Shown here piece after piece: positions 5,665 to 13,997 of a stretch of 64,000 bases of DNA; position 1 is the first letter of the stretch; every line of letters begins with the position of its first letter. A program made the position numbers and the translations under genes. Under the pieces are notes generated by a model, which was not told where the DNA came from, did not search any database, and was given only the letters and a program-made list of their open reading frames with translations. Location: sequence record NC_042056.1, one strand, 5' to 3'.

Positions 5665-5784
5665 TTAGCGGTCCCCTGCGGGGGTTGGGTACCACCTTTG
5701 TCCGTTTTGTTTTTTTCTTTCAATTGCCTGGCGGTATTGGTGGGAACAAAACGGGTAAAGCCCTAGCGGGGGAAAAGCCGTTAA
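5665..5784 (+). ncRNA. rod-like structured RNA or 5' leader
   Basis: 16-bp helix 5696-5711/5745-5760 plus outer helices 5665-72/5777-84 and 5673-77/5768-72. Confidence 0.5.
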
Positions 5785-5828
5785 CAACAACAGAAGCAGT
5801 AAAAACAGAAGTAAAAGCAGGAGTAGTT

Positions 5829-6641
5829 ATGTTTACTATCTTACGCAAAATCAATGGTAACCGCACACCAACCGAACACGAATCCCCTACGCTGGGTGAT
5901 ACGAAGTCACAAGTGTTCAAAGATGCGATGTCGCTTCTTACCGAATCCAATAACGTGCATAACTGCATGGATTCTGGGATGGATGCGAAGCCGTGGATTA
6001 ACGGCAAACCCAAACCGATTGAGGAGTGGGTAGAGCGCTTTAAGAAAGCGTACGGCGCGACAGACTCAGACAACCAAGAACTGGTTTCTCTGGTCAGTGA
6101 ACTCGCACCGGGAATGTTTGACAAAGCCAATGCGCGTTTTGCATCGGACTTTGGTCAACTGGAAGAAGCCTTCCTGAAAGATACCGGGCAAACTATCATC
6201 TGGAAATGTCCGAACGGACTCCCGATTGATATCCAGTTCCAAAACATTCCCCGTCAGTCTGTTGAAACACTACATACCACGCTCGATTTCATCGAAGCGG
6301 ATGAGTTGAAGTTTGCGGTGTTCAACAGCAAGGCGTTGTGGGATGGGTATAACTCCGCTGAACTGTTTGGCGGTGAAGCCACCGAGATTTCCTCGGTAGA
6401 ACTCCAACACGTTTACTTTGACGATACGGCCATGCCGCAAGAAGCGGTGCTCAAAGCCAACCGTCGTGGTACCCGCACTATGGAACAGGTCATCGGGGTG
6501 CTTGCTTATGGCAGCTCCGAACAACCCGACCCAACCACAGGCAACGTGCCGGTCACAGTGATGACCTACGAGTTTATCTACCAAGGCGATGAAGTCTACA
6601 TTACGAACCGTCACGGTAAGACCGTGGACTCCATCCGTTAA
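5829..6641 (+). CDS. hypothetical protein
   Basis: AGGAG RBS before ATG 5829. The ORF-track extension to 5607 overlaps structured RNA. Confidence 0.75.
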   Translation: MFTILRKINGNRTPTEHESPTLGDTKSQVFKDAMSLLTESNNVHNCMDSGMDAKPWINGKPKPIEEWVERFKKAYGATDSDNQELVSLVSELAPGMFDKANARFASDFGQLEEAFLKDTGQTIIWKCPNGLPIDIQFQNIPRQSVETLHTTLDFIEADELKFAVFNSKALWDGYNSAELFGGEATEISSVELQHVYFDDTAMPQEAVLKANRRGTRTMEQVIGVLAYGSSEQPDPTTGNVPVTVMTYEFIYQGDEVYITNRHGKTVDSIR

Positions 6642-6743
6642 GCATTAGCATGCTCGCTAATACCCGCCCTGAGGATTGGCCTCCTCATGCTTGAAGGGCG
6701 ACTCTCCTGTAGTACGCTTTGTAAGTCGACGTAAATCGGTACG

Positions 6744-6787
6744 CCCTCTCCCCGAAAAGGGAGAGGGTAGTATCGTATATTTTTTTG
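6744..6787 (+). terminator. intrinsic terminator
   Basis: CCCTCTCC/GGAGAGGG stem with a downstream T-run. Confidence 0.55.
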
Positions 6788-6792
6788 GATAT

Positions 6793-6807
6793 ATATTACC
6801 TAGGTGA
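6793..6807 (+). promoter_or_regulatory. putative early (virion RNAP) promoter
   Basis: TATATTAC as in phiKZ early promoters; fits ATATTAYC-N3-GTGA, seen six times in the window. Confidence 0.65.
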
Positions 6808-6856
6808 GATTAAACTATAATCTTTTACCCATCATTAGACTTTCGAGGATAAACTT

Positions 6857-7837
6857 ATGCGCATCACCCCAATGTCAGCCCATGAAACTTTCGCTATTCG
6901 TGGCTACAGCCCCGAAGAAGGCAAACGTATCCGCGGCTATCTCCCGCGTCGCTTTGGTGACATCAACAATGCACTGCCACTAACGAACGCCGAGTTCTGG
7001 TTGGCGTACGAGTGCATGAAACATTACAATGATAATTCCAGTGACCGTGGTCGTTTTTACAGCGTCGGGCCGTTTAGCTTCCAAGCCAACGGTAAAGTGA
7101 ACTACCGCTCTGAGAAGTTAAACGAAGATTTCTCCATGGTGGAATTCATTCGTCACTTCGGTGACACGGTCTTCACTGACTTCGATGCTGAACTGGGTAT
7201 GAAGGTCCCACGCACTAACGCAGACGGCTCGCTGGTAATGAAGAACCGCATGGTCGTCACTCGTCTGGTAGAGATTGAGAAGCAAGCTCAACCGAAAGAA
7301 GATTATTCCAGTTGGCACACCAACAGCTGGATGAACTTCCCGGTGGGGTCACTCTCCTTACCACCGACTGGGATGATATCGCCGGAAACTATCCTGATGG
7401 CATCCTTACATGGCGAGATGGCGCAAGAGTATGCCAATACGCAGAGCGGTCGTATGTTCCATCCCACGATTGATTACAAATGGGTGGCAACGTACGTTTA
7501 CCTGAAGCGTTTATACCATGCACGCGACCGCGAGTTCGGTCAGGATTATTACTCTGTTCGCTCATCCATTGAAATGAACCTGCGTTTCCGTTCAAGTAAC
7601 TCACTCTATCCGAGCGATGTCATGACACCACCTCACTTCTTCCACATTGATGGGGATCGTGTCATGTCCAAGAACGGCATCATTAACTGTCCACGCATCA
7701 ACAACATGAATCCGATGGGGTTCTACGAAAGGCTTTATCGCTTCAACAACAACGGCCATGTTTCTGCTATCGCAACCATCCCCACTACACTCTTCGAAGA
7801 GTACAGTGAAGAGGAATGGAAAGCAGTCTTAGCATAA
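6857..7837 (+). CDS. hypothetical (probably early) protein
   Basis: 326-aa ORF with a GAGG RBS, flanked by a promoter and a terminator. Confidence 0.8.
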   Translation: MRITPMSAHETFAIRGYSPEEGKRIRGYLPRRFGDINNALPLTNAEFWLAYECMKHYNDNSSDRGRFYSVGPFSFQANGKVNYRSEKLNEDFSMVEFIRHFGDTVFTDFDAELGMKVPRTNADGSLVMKNRMVVTRLVEIEKQAQPKEDYSSWHTNSWMNFPVGSLSLPPTGMISPETILMASLHGEMAQEYANTQSGRMFHPTIDYKWVATYVYLKRLYHARDREFGQDYYSVRSSIEMNLRFRSSNSLYPSDVMTPPHFFHIDGDRVMSKNGIINCPRINNMNPMGFYERLYRFNNNGHVSAIATIPTTLFEEYSEEEWKAVLA

Positions 7838-7842
7838 CCTTA

Positions 7843-7875
7843 GAGCGGGGGGTAAAACCCCGCTTTATTTTTTTA
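7843..7875 (+). terminator. intrinsic terminator
   Basis: AGCGGGG/CCCCGCT stem plus T-run. Confidence 0.7.
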
Positions 7876-7909
7876 CTTGAATACCTGATTTATATAGGAG
7901 GGTAACATC

Positions 7910-8350
7910 ATGAAATCCAATTTGGCTTACAGCTTTAACATTATTCCATTCTATCAACCCATCGAAATGACGCGTGCGTTAACCGACGGTATTTTACCTG
8001 AGACGTTTATACCGAAAGGTCGTTACGATGAAATGTTGCTGGAGACGCTGTTCCCCATCATCATTAGTCATCCATTATTCAGAGAGTTTTCATCTAAGCT
8101 GACACCCCAAGAAGGGTCGGGTTTCCGTAAGGGTGATGACGTGCCGGTAATTACCACCACGTATAACATCTCACGAGAGGAAGCGAAAGCCATGGCGCGC
8201 GACCCGGATGTTTTCTTCCGGTTCATGAAGTCAATGGCAGAGGCTTTAGATAAACGTGCCCTGCCGTTTGAGGAAATCTTCGCTGTGCTCCTCGACGCCA
8301 TCTGTGCAAGTGACTATGCCATGTTCCACAACACAGACAGTCTGCACTAA
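7910..8350 (+). CDS. hypothetical protein
   Basis: 146-aa ORF with a GGAGG RBS. Confidence 0.8.
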   Translation: MKSNLAYSFNIIPFYQPIEMTRALTDGILPETFIPKGRYDEMLLETLFPIIISHPLFREFSSKLTPQEGSGFRKGDDVPVITTTYNISREEAKAMARDPDVFFRFMKSMAEALDKRALPFEEIFAVLLDAICASDYAMFHNTDSLH

Positions 8351-8416
8351 AAATTACGCCAGAGTCCCTCCCTATAGGGAATCTGTGCCTGTATAGATTC
8401 CAATAGGAGATGAACC

Positions 8417-8803
8417 ATGAAGACGACACTGCGTCCGATGGACGTGATTCTCGCTCACCCCGACACGCTCAGCAAAATCGCACCACAGTCAGAACTCGAC
8501 CGCCGGTTATTAGAAAGCCTAGAATGGGGATTTACCCTCCACCCAGATGAGGTTTCCAACACACGCGTTCTTGATGTCTCCGACACCGTGGTGATTGACT
8601 GGACTGAACGTGAAGGATGTGACGATGTGCGAGAGTACGTGGCGCAAGCAACGGTACCTCCACGCGTACCCATCGCCGGACTGGCTGAACACACCATTTC
8701 TCTGCGCCGTTTATGCAACGCTCAAGATGAGATTGTTCGCAACGGTGAAGCGTGGAGTTATGGTACTGCCAGTCACCTGAAGAACGTGCTGCTTCAGGCG
8801 TAA
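8417..8803 (+). CDS. hypothetical protein
   Basis: 128-aa ORF with an AGGAG RBS. Confidence 0.75.
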   Translation: MKTTLRPMDVILAHPDTLSKIAPQSELDRRLLESLEWGFTLHPDEVSNTRVLDVSDTVVIDWTEREGCDDVREYVAQATVPPRVPIAGLAEHTISLRRLCNAQDEIVRNGEAWSYGTASHLKNVLLQA

Positions 8804-8819
8804 AAAAAGAAAAGAAGAT

Positions 8820-8856
8820 AACCCCTGCCGAAGCAGGGGTTGGTCTTTCTTTTTTT
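8820..8856. terminator. bidirectional terminator
   Basis: AACCCCTGC/GCAGGGGTT stem with A-run and T-run flanks, between convergent genes. Confidence 0.75.
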
Positions 8857-8858
8857 GT

Positions 8859-9671
8859 CTACGATTTGAAACGACCACCGGACATGTAGTTGTAACGGTT
8901 TCCGATGTCGTCGTTGTGAACCAACGCGCGCTTCATCGCAGGTAGGGTGTCATCAAACATCTGCCCCGCATCCGAATAACTTTCCACCACGTTACGGAAG
9001 GCACCGAACTCCATACCGTTCTCAATCTTACCGGAATCCATATCGAAGATGAGTTGGTTATAGATGTATTGCTTCGTGGCAAAGACCGCCAAGTCAGCCA
9101 CACGCGGATAGAATGGCGTCTTGATTTCGTTCAGTTCTTCACTGAGCTTATACATGATCGCAATCTTCGTGGCGTAGACAAACATACCGGGATCTTTAAT
9201 CTTGATGGTGTTCGGTCCCAGTACACGCACCTCAGGTGAACTGATGCGCGGTAAAGCAGAGTTCGAATCCACCACTAACTGCGTCGCAGCGAGCGCACCG
9301 GTGGTGGCCCCATCCAAATACGAGCCCGCAGGCGGGAGTGTATACGCCTGACCGGCCACCGGCGTAACTGCGATGTGCGCTTCGAGGATTTCGCGGCCAC
9401 CCGTTTTAAATTCATTGATGTGGTAAATGCGCGAGTAGTAGTCTTCCGTATCGTTCTCATAGGGCAACCCCTGCAAGTCAAGTTCGGTATATTGCCCCAT
9501 ACGGGACACTTCGGGAATCACATACTCACGAATCACTTTATCCATGATTTCGTTTTCAATGCTACTGGCCACGCCTAACATCCGGAGGTTCTCTGGTGTA
9601 AAGGCGACTTTCAGCAGCGGTAAAGGAATGTCTCGCCGGATTTTGCGGAGACAATAATCTATCACGTTCAT
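8859..9671 (-). CDS. conserved phiKZ-like protein, probably virion structural
   Basis: 270-aa ORF. Position and orientation recall a virion gene in SPN3US-like phages. Confidence 0.55.
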   Translation of the reverse strand: MNVIDYCLRKIRRDIPLPLLKVAFTPENLRMLGVASSIENEIMDKVIREYVIPEVSRMGQYTELDLQGLPYENDTEDYYSRIYHINEFKTGGREILEAHIAVTPVAGQAYTLPPAGSYLDGATTGALAATQLVVDSNSALPRISSPEVRVLGPNTIKIKDPGMFVYATKIAIMYKLSEELNEIKTPFYPRVADLAVFATKQYIYNQLIFDMDSGKIENGMEFGAFRNVVESYSDAGQMFDDTLPAMKRALVHNDDIGNRYNYMSGGRFKS

Positions 9672-9794
9672 TTTGGGCTCCAGAGTGGCGTTAGGCAGCT
9701 TTCATAGCATGGGTGGTGGGGTAGGATAGGTTATAGTAAAAAATACGCTATATGGCTATTATGTGCGTACCACAGTCTAATTAATTTGACATAG

Positions 9795-9809
9795 ATATTA
9801 TCTTTGTGA
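9795..9809 (+). promoter_or_regulatory. putative early promoter
   Basis: ATATTATC-TTT-GTGA upstream of the RBS of 9834. Confidence 0.6.
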
Positions 9810-9833
9810 CGAAACCATAAGGAGTATCTACTC

Positions 9834-10106
9834 ATGACGCGGGTGTTCTTTGAACTGAACTTGAAAACCAAGCGCGGTTACATCGGTCCCCACTGGATTA
9901 TCATCAACGCGATTCAAGAACTCATCTATCCGGGAACGTTCAACCTCGAGAAACGTTTACTGGAACGGGCCGAGGAATATTTCGGCACAGATGCATGGTA
10001 CATGATTGCGAAGTTGGGTCCGAACCACCGTCATCCATTTATTTACCACAACGGGGTTGTAGAAACATGGTCAAGCTATACATCAAACCAGCTGATGTGC
10101 ATGTAA
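9834..10106 (+). CDS. hypothetical protein
   Basis: AAGGAG RBS; first gene of an operon. Confidence 0.7.
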   Translation: MTRVFFELNLKTKRGYIGPHWIIINAIQELIYPGTFNLEKRLLERAEEYFGTDAWYMIAKLGPNHRHPFIYHNGVVETWSSYTSNQLMCM

Positions 10107-10720
10107 GCTTTTGGGGTGAGGCAGACAAGACGCCGTATGTGCAAGCATTACGCATGTCTGAGATGCAACGTCAGGAGGTGACAGTCCAGCTCCTCCACAC
10201 CGCATTAGAACACATCTTCCTTTCGCTCGAGGAGATGCCTTTCGCACAGCTGCATGACCACCTTGAGAAGTATGTTGATCAGGTGCTGCTGCATAAGCTC
10301 CTGCATCAAGACAAGAAGTTGGAAGAACCCGAGGTTATTCGCGGGCGAACCCGTATTGTAACAGAGACCATGTTCGGTAATGATATCCTCGATACCCGAC
10401 TGGTTGACCGCGTCGTTTATGCAACTATCCGTGAACTGATTGATGTGGCGTTCGGCGATATCTTCAACAAGTTCGTTGATCAGATTGAATCGATGATTGA
10501 GGAATCGTGCAAACTGTGTAAGCGCAAGTTCAACCGTTACGCGATTGTGACTATCACACCGAGACTGGGCGTTCGTGCGAAGCTTGTTTGTTTGGAACTC
10601 GAACTGGGTGATGATATTCGACATGTCTACTTCAATCAGCGTTTCCCAACCGGGCGGTATTGTTCAGATAACGATGATAAAATTCGTGACCTGCAAAGCC
10701 TACTTCCGAATATTGGCTGA
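10067..10720 (+). CDS. hypothetical protein
   Basis: Likely start ATG 10067 within the 9995-10720 ORF. Confidence 0.7.
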   Translation: MVKLYIKPADVHVSFWGEADKTPYVQALRMSEMQRQEVTVQLLHTALEHIFLSLEEMPFAQLHDHLEKYVDQVLLHKLLHQDKKLEEPEVIRGRTRIVTETMFGNDILDTRLVDRVVYATIRELIDVAFGDIFNKFVDQIESMIEESCKLCKRKFNRYAIVTITPRLGVRAKLVCLELELGDDIRHVYFNQRFPTGRYCSDNDDKIRDLQSLLPNIG

Positions 10721-11042
10721 GGAGGAAGGACTTAGCAGTTACGATGTGCAGGTCTTGCTCAAGGATATTATCCTCGACTTGTTCAACTATCTGTTATCCG
10801 GCTTTAACCCCACGGGTTCATGGGACGGCACTGCGGTGACAGTCATTGTGCGTTCTACACGTCCAAAGACCACAACGCATCAGGCCAACAATTGGGCGCG
10901 TCATGTTCGTCGTGCAATTTGCGAAGAACTGAATGTTCCCGCTAAAGGGTATCGGTTATGGTTGAATGTGACCGATGAGTTTATCCGCTTCATCCCGTAT
11001 AAGGATCAGGACTATGAAAACGCTTTACTTCGAGTTTCCTGA
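10674..11042 (+). CDS. hypothetical protein
   Basis: Likely start 10674 within ORF 10575-11042. Confidence 0.65.
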   Translation: MIKFVTCKAYFRILAEEEGLSSYDVQVLLKDIILDLFNYLLSGFNPTGSWDGTAVTVIVRSTRPKTTTHQANNWARHVRRAICEELNVPAKGYRLWLNVTDEFIRFIPYKDQDYENALLRVS

Positions 11043-11403
11043 AACTTATCGCGAGATTAATCGGGTGCTCGAGAAATTTACAAATAAAAACTATTTTGAT
11101 GACCCGGACACCATCGATCATTACATCGAGTTGCTCGTTCGCATGGAAACTCATCGGCGCTTGTACAACGCGGATATCGGTTCCCTGAAAAAGTGGATGC
11201 GTAGTGAAATGGTTCGATGGCCGGTTTCTGCCGACTATTTCTCCAATAACACGGTGCAGTTATACATTATTGAGTCTTCGGATCTTTGGGCTGCGATAGA
11301 CAAAGAAATGACCATCACGCCCAATCCCGATTTCATCATGTGGCATGTCGAGCGTGGTGTGTGGAAAATGATCACTTCAGGAGTCAACCTTTATGTTAAG
11401 TAA
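11014..11403 (+). CDS. hypothetical protein
   Basis: AGGA RBS before ATG 11014. Confidence 0.7.
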   Translation: MKTLYFEFPETYREINRVLEKFTNKNYFDDPDTIDHYIELLVRMETHRRLYNADIGSLKKWMRSEMVRWPVSADYFSNNTVQLYIIESSDLWAAIDKEMTITPNPDFIMWHVERGVWKMITSGVNLYVK

Positions 11404-11899
11404 CACCTATTGCCTCATTCCCGATTACCAAGAGGTGGCGGGACCGTTAACCGAGTTTGACCCTGCATCTGTTCTCCGCGAAGTCAACGAAGACATGAAC
11501 ACGATCATCAACCGCGCATTTACATTTGTTGAGTCGGGTCATTTGGACGGCTCGCTCGAGTTCAGCATGAGGAATACTTTCAACTACGTGGCGACCGAAC
11601 TGTCTACCCGTGGGATTGTGTTGGATAATGAGTCGACCGTGGTCTATGCGAACGCCATCCAGAATGTCGGTAAAGCATTCATGGTGGCTATCTCCTCCTC
11701 CCCTTACTGGTTCACCCGTTACGGTAAGTGGGTCGGTGCGCGTTATAGCCCGACGTGTATCGGTGGGGTTGATGTGTACCTTGACCATAACCAGCATAAA
11801 TTGCCGCAGTTCGAATCCGCTGAACAGTATCAGGCTATCACGCCGCGATTACTGACCGTGGTTGACATGCTGATTGGTAATCTGGGGGGTCGCCTATGA
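11393..11899 (+). CDS. hypothetical protein
   Basis: AGGAG RBS; translationally coupled. Confidence 0.75.
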   Translation: MLSNTYCLIPDYQEVAGPLTEFDPASVLREVNEDMNTIINRAFTFVESGHLDGSLEFSMRNTFNYVATELSTRGIVLDNESTVVYANAIQNVGKAFMVAISSSPYWFTRYGKWVGARYSPTCIGGVDVYLDHNQHKLPQFESAEQYQAITPRLLTVVDMLIGNLGGRL

Positions 11900-12468
11900 A
11901 GGTCTTTTACGATGTGTCCTCACGGGTTGTGGAGTTCGGGGCTACGCGCTTCTATGAACACGTCCGCGAACACATCTCCGCGATACTGACGGAGTGCCAG
12001 TTAGAGGTGACGAATGAAACCGTCGATAACCTTTACCATCTCTATCAGCGTTATGCCATGGCATATGTCATTGGGGTAACGACGCGGGACGCCGGTAAGT
12101 TTATCGAGAATTTGGTTGATGAATTTGCCGAGGGTGATGACGACAGTTACACCCTAGCAACTGATCGCTCAGGCTATGAGCTTCGACAACAGGGGTTACT
12201 ACTTGACCAAGCATTCGAAGACATTGTGGTGGATGAGTTACCGCTCATCTCGTCGATGATTGCACAGTTCCCCGGTTGTTCGGGTACGCAAGAGGAGCAT
12301 GAGAAAGCGATCAACATGGCCGCCGCTTTGTTCTTAGATGAAACCAGCACGGAACTGATGGGCCTAGCCAGCGTTATCGGTTCTGTGTGTCCGGGGAAAT
12401 ATATTGAACACTACGGCGATGATTTCAAAGGGTTAGTGGTGGTTTGCGAGCATGAAACTCTATTTTGA
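11896..12468 (+). CDS. hypothetical protein
   Basis: ATGA overlap with the previous gene. Confidence 0.75.
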   Translation: MKVFYDVSSRVVEFGATRFYEHVREHISAILTECQLEVTNETVDNLYHLYQRYAMAYVIGVTTRDAGKFIENLVDEFAEGDDDSYTLATDRSGYELRQQGLLLDQAFEDIVVDELPLISSMIAQFPGCSGTQEEHEKAINMAAALFLDETSTELMGLASVIGSVCPGKYIEHYGDDFKGLVVVCEHETLF

Positions 12469-12886
12469 CCTCAATGATATCTGCGATGTTCCCGCTATGC
12501 TTGACCGGGTTAACCAAGACAGCAACCGCTTCACGGAAGACTCGGCAAAAGCGTTTTACGCATTCACTGCGATGTATGCAGCCTACTCGCTCCGGTCTAT
12601 TATTAATGGCGCAGCAGGAAATAACTTTGTTACTTATGTACCCGTTAAGGCCGCCAGCGTGTTTTCGAACATGACCAAAGTGTGGTCGCATGACACCATC
12701 ATCGACTTGCGTGTGTGTTTCGACACCATCGATATGGATAACGTGGTGCGCTTTAACAATGTGATTGCTACCGTGGACCATGCGTTGTTAAGCGAGGGCA
12801 AAACGTTCGAATCAATAAAAGACGCCAGTCACATACACATCGACCTGACAAACCCAAAAGGGACGGTGGTGTGTCTGGAGTGTTAA
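12452..12886 (+). CDS. hypothetical protein
   Basis: Coupled ORF, 144 aa. Confidence 0.75.
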   Translation: MKLYFDLNDICDVPAMLDRVNQDSNRFTEDSAKAFYAFTAMYAAYSLRSIINGAAGNNFVTYVPVKAASVFSNMTKVWSHDTIIDLRVCFDTIDMDNVVRFNNVIATVDHALLSEGKTFESIKDASHIHIDLTNPKGTVVCLEC

Positions 12887-12895
12887 GGAGTTGCG

Positions 12896-13492
12896 ATGGT
12901 CTACAAAGTGGTAGCCTACCACACCTGGAGCATGCATTTGGGTGTGGTGGAGTATCTGACCGGCAGTGAGGCATTTTCAGAACTGGTGACACGAACCGTT
13001 GAATCGTTTCCCAAGATGAAGATTGCACTCCCCGTAGGTCCGTTGGAAGAAGACGCGATCTTCGCCGCGTTGCACAATACCATGCCCTCCTATCTTCAAG
13101 CCTTCATGCTCACCATGACACGGGCCGAAGAATCTCACGTTAAGAGCTTCCTGAAATCGCTCGATAAAGAATATCGTCGTTGGAAGTTTGGCACGGAAAT
13201 GGATTCGGGTTCAGTTGACGGTGTGCTGGAAGATCTGGTTCCGCTGATTAAGCTCTACAAAGCAAACAACGCCGAAGGGGCAACCGTGACCAAGACCTTA
13301 TTGGATTACTCGGTTGAAACATTGGCACAGTTCTTTGCCGGAGCAATTGTGGAAGAGTTCCGTGAAGCCGTGGATATGTTCCTGACGTGTCATTGCGGAA
13401 AGGTACAGTCCCTGAGTGTGGTGCTGAACTTCCCGCAATGTCAGTATAACCTCATGGATATGAGGCTATTAATTGATGTGTCGGAGGAATGA
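12896..13492 (+). CDS. hypothetical protein
   Basis: AAGGAG RBS, 198 aa. Confidence 0.75.
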   Translation: MVYKVVAYHTWSMHLGVVEYLTGSEAFSELVTRTVESFPKMKIALPVGPLEEDAIFAALHNTMPSYLQAFMLTMTRAEESHVKSFLKSLDKEYRRWKFGTEMDSGSVDGVLEDLVPLIKLYKANNAEGATVTKTLLDYSVETLAQFFAGAIVEEFREAVDMFLTCHCGKVQSLSVVLNFPQCQYNLMDMRLLIDVSEE

Positions 13493-13896
13493 TGTTTGAC
13501 GTGAAGAGTCTGGAGGAGGGGAGCATCGTAAACATCGTTTATGATACCCCGATGCTTCAACCCGAAACGCGTGTGACGGTGTTGGGAACCTGCGGCTATG
13601 AAATGGCACGCAGTATTGAAGATGTGACGGTGAAGCAGAAGAATATCTTCTCAACCATCGTCTCCCAACCAGAGAACAACGTAGCGAAGTACCGCTATCT
13701 GATGTTCAAAGGGGCGGACGGTAAAGCCCATGTGGCTGCCGACGCGTGGATTCGTAGTGTGTCGGTTATCAAGAACCTGCAAGTGCGGTTCATGACGATT
13801 GTGGACAACCGTGAGGAGATTGATTTAATCACCAAAGCGTTGGCCGACCGGGGCATTAACGATGTCACGTTTGAAATCGTTGACAACACCAACTGA
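13489..13896 (+). CDS. conserved hypothetical protein upstream of the DNA polymerase
   Basis: GGAGG RBS, ATGA overlap, followed by a terminator. Confidence 0.75.
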   Translation: MMFDVKSLEEGSIVNIVYDTPMLQPETRVTVLGTCGYEMARSIEDVTVKQKNIFSTIVSQPENNVAKYRYLMFKGADGKAHVAADAWIRSVSVIKNLQVRFMTIVDNREEIDLITKALADRGINDVTFEIVDNTN

Positions 13897-13901
13897 ATAC
13901 T

Positions 13902-13933
13902 CTCCTCGCTTCGGCGGGGAGGTTATTTTTTTT
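13902..13933 (+). terminator. intrinsic terminator
   Basis: CTCCTCGC-TTCG-GCGGGGAG plus T-run. Confidence 0.75.
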
Positions 13934-13997
13934 GATCTTTTTTCACGTCAGTGGGTAATGTTATAGATGAAGATCCCGCGACCCACAGGAGTACAGC

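Noticed and set aside
4024-5766. ORFs 4024-4362, 4040-4243, 4794-5144, 5497-5766 and the 5607-5828 extension
   Set aside because: They overlap clear tRNAs or structured RNAs and look like shadow ORFs.
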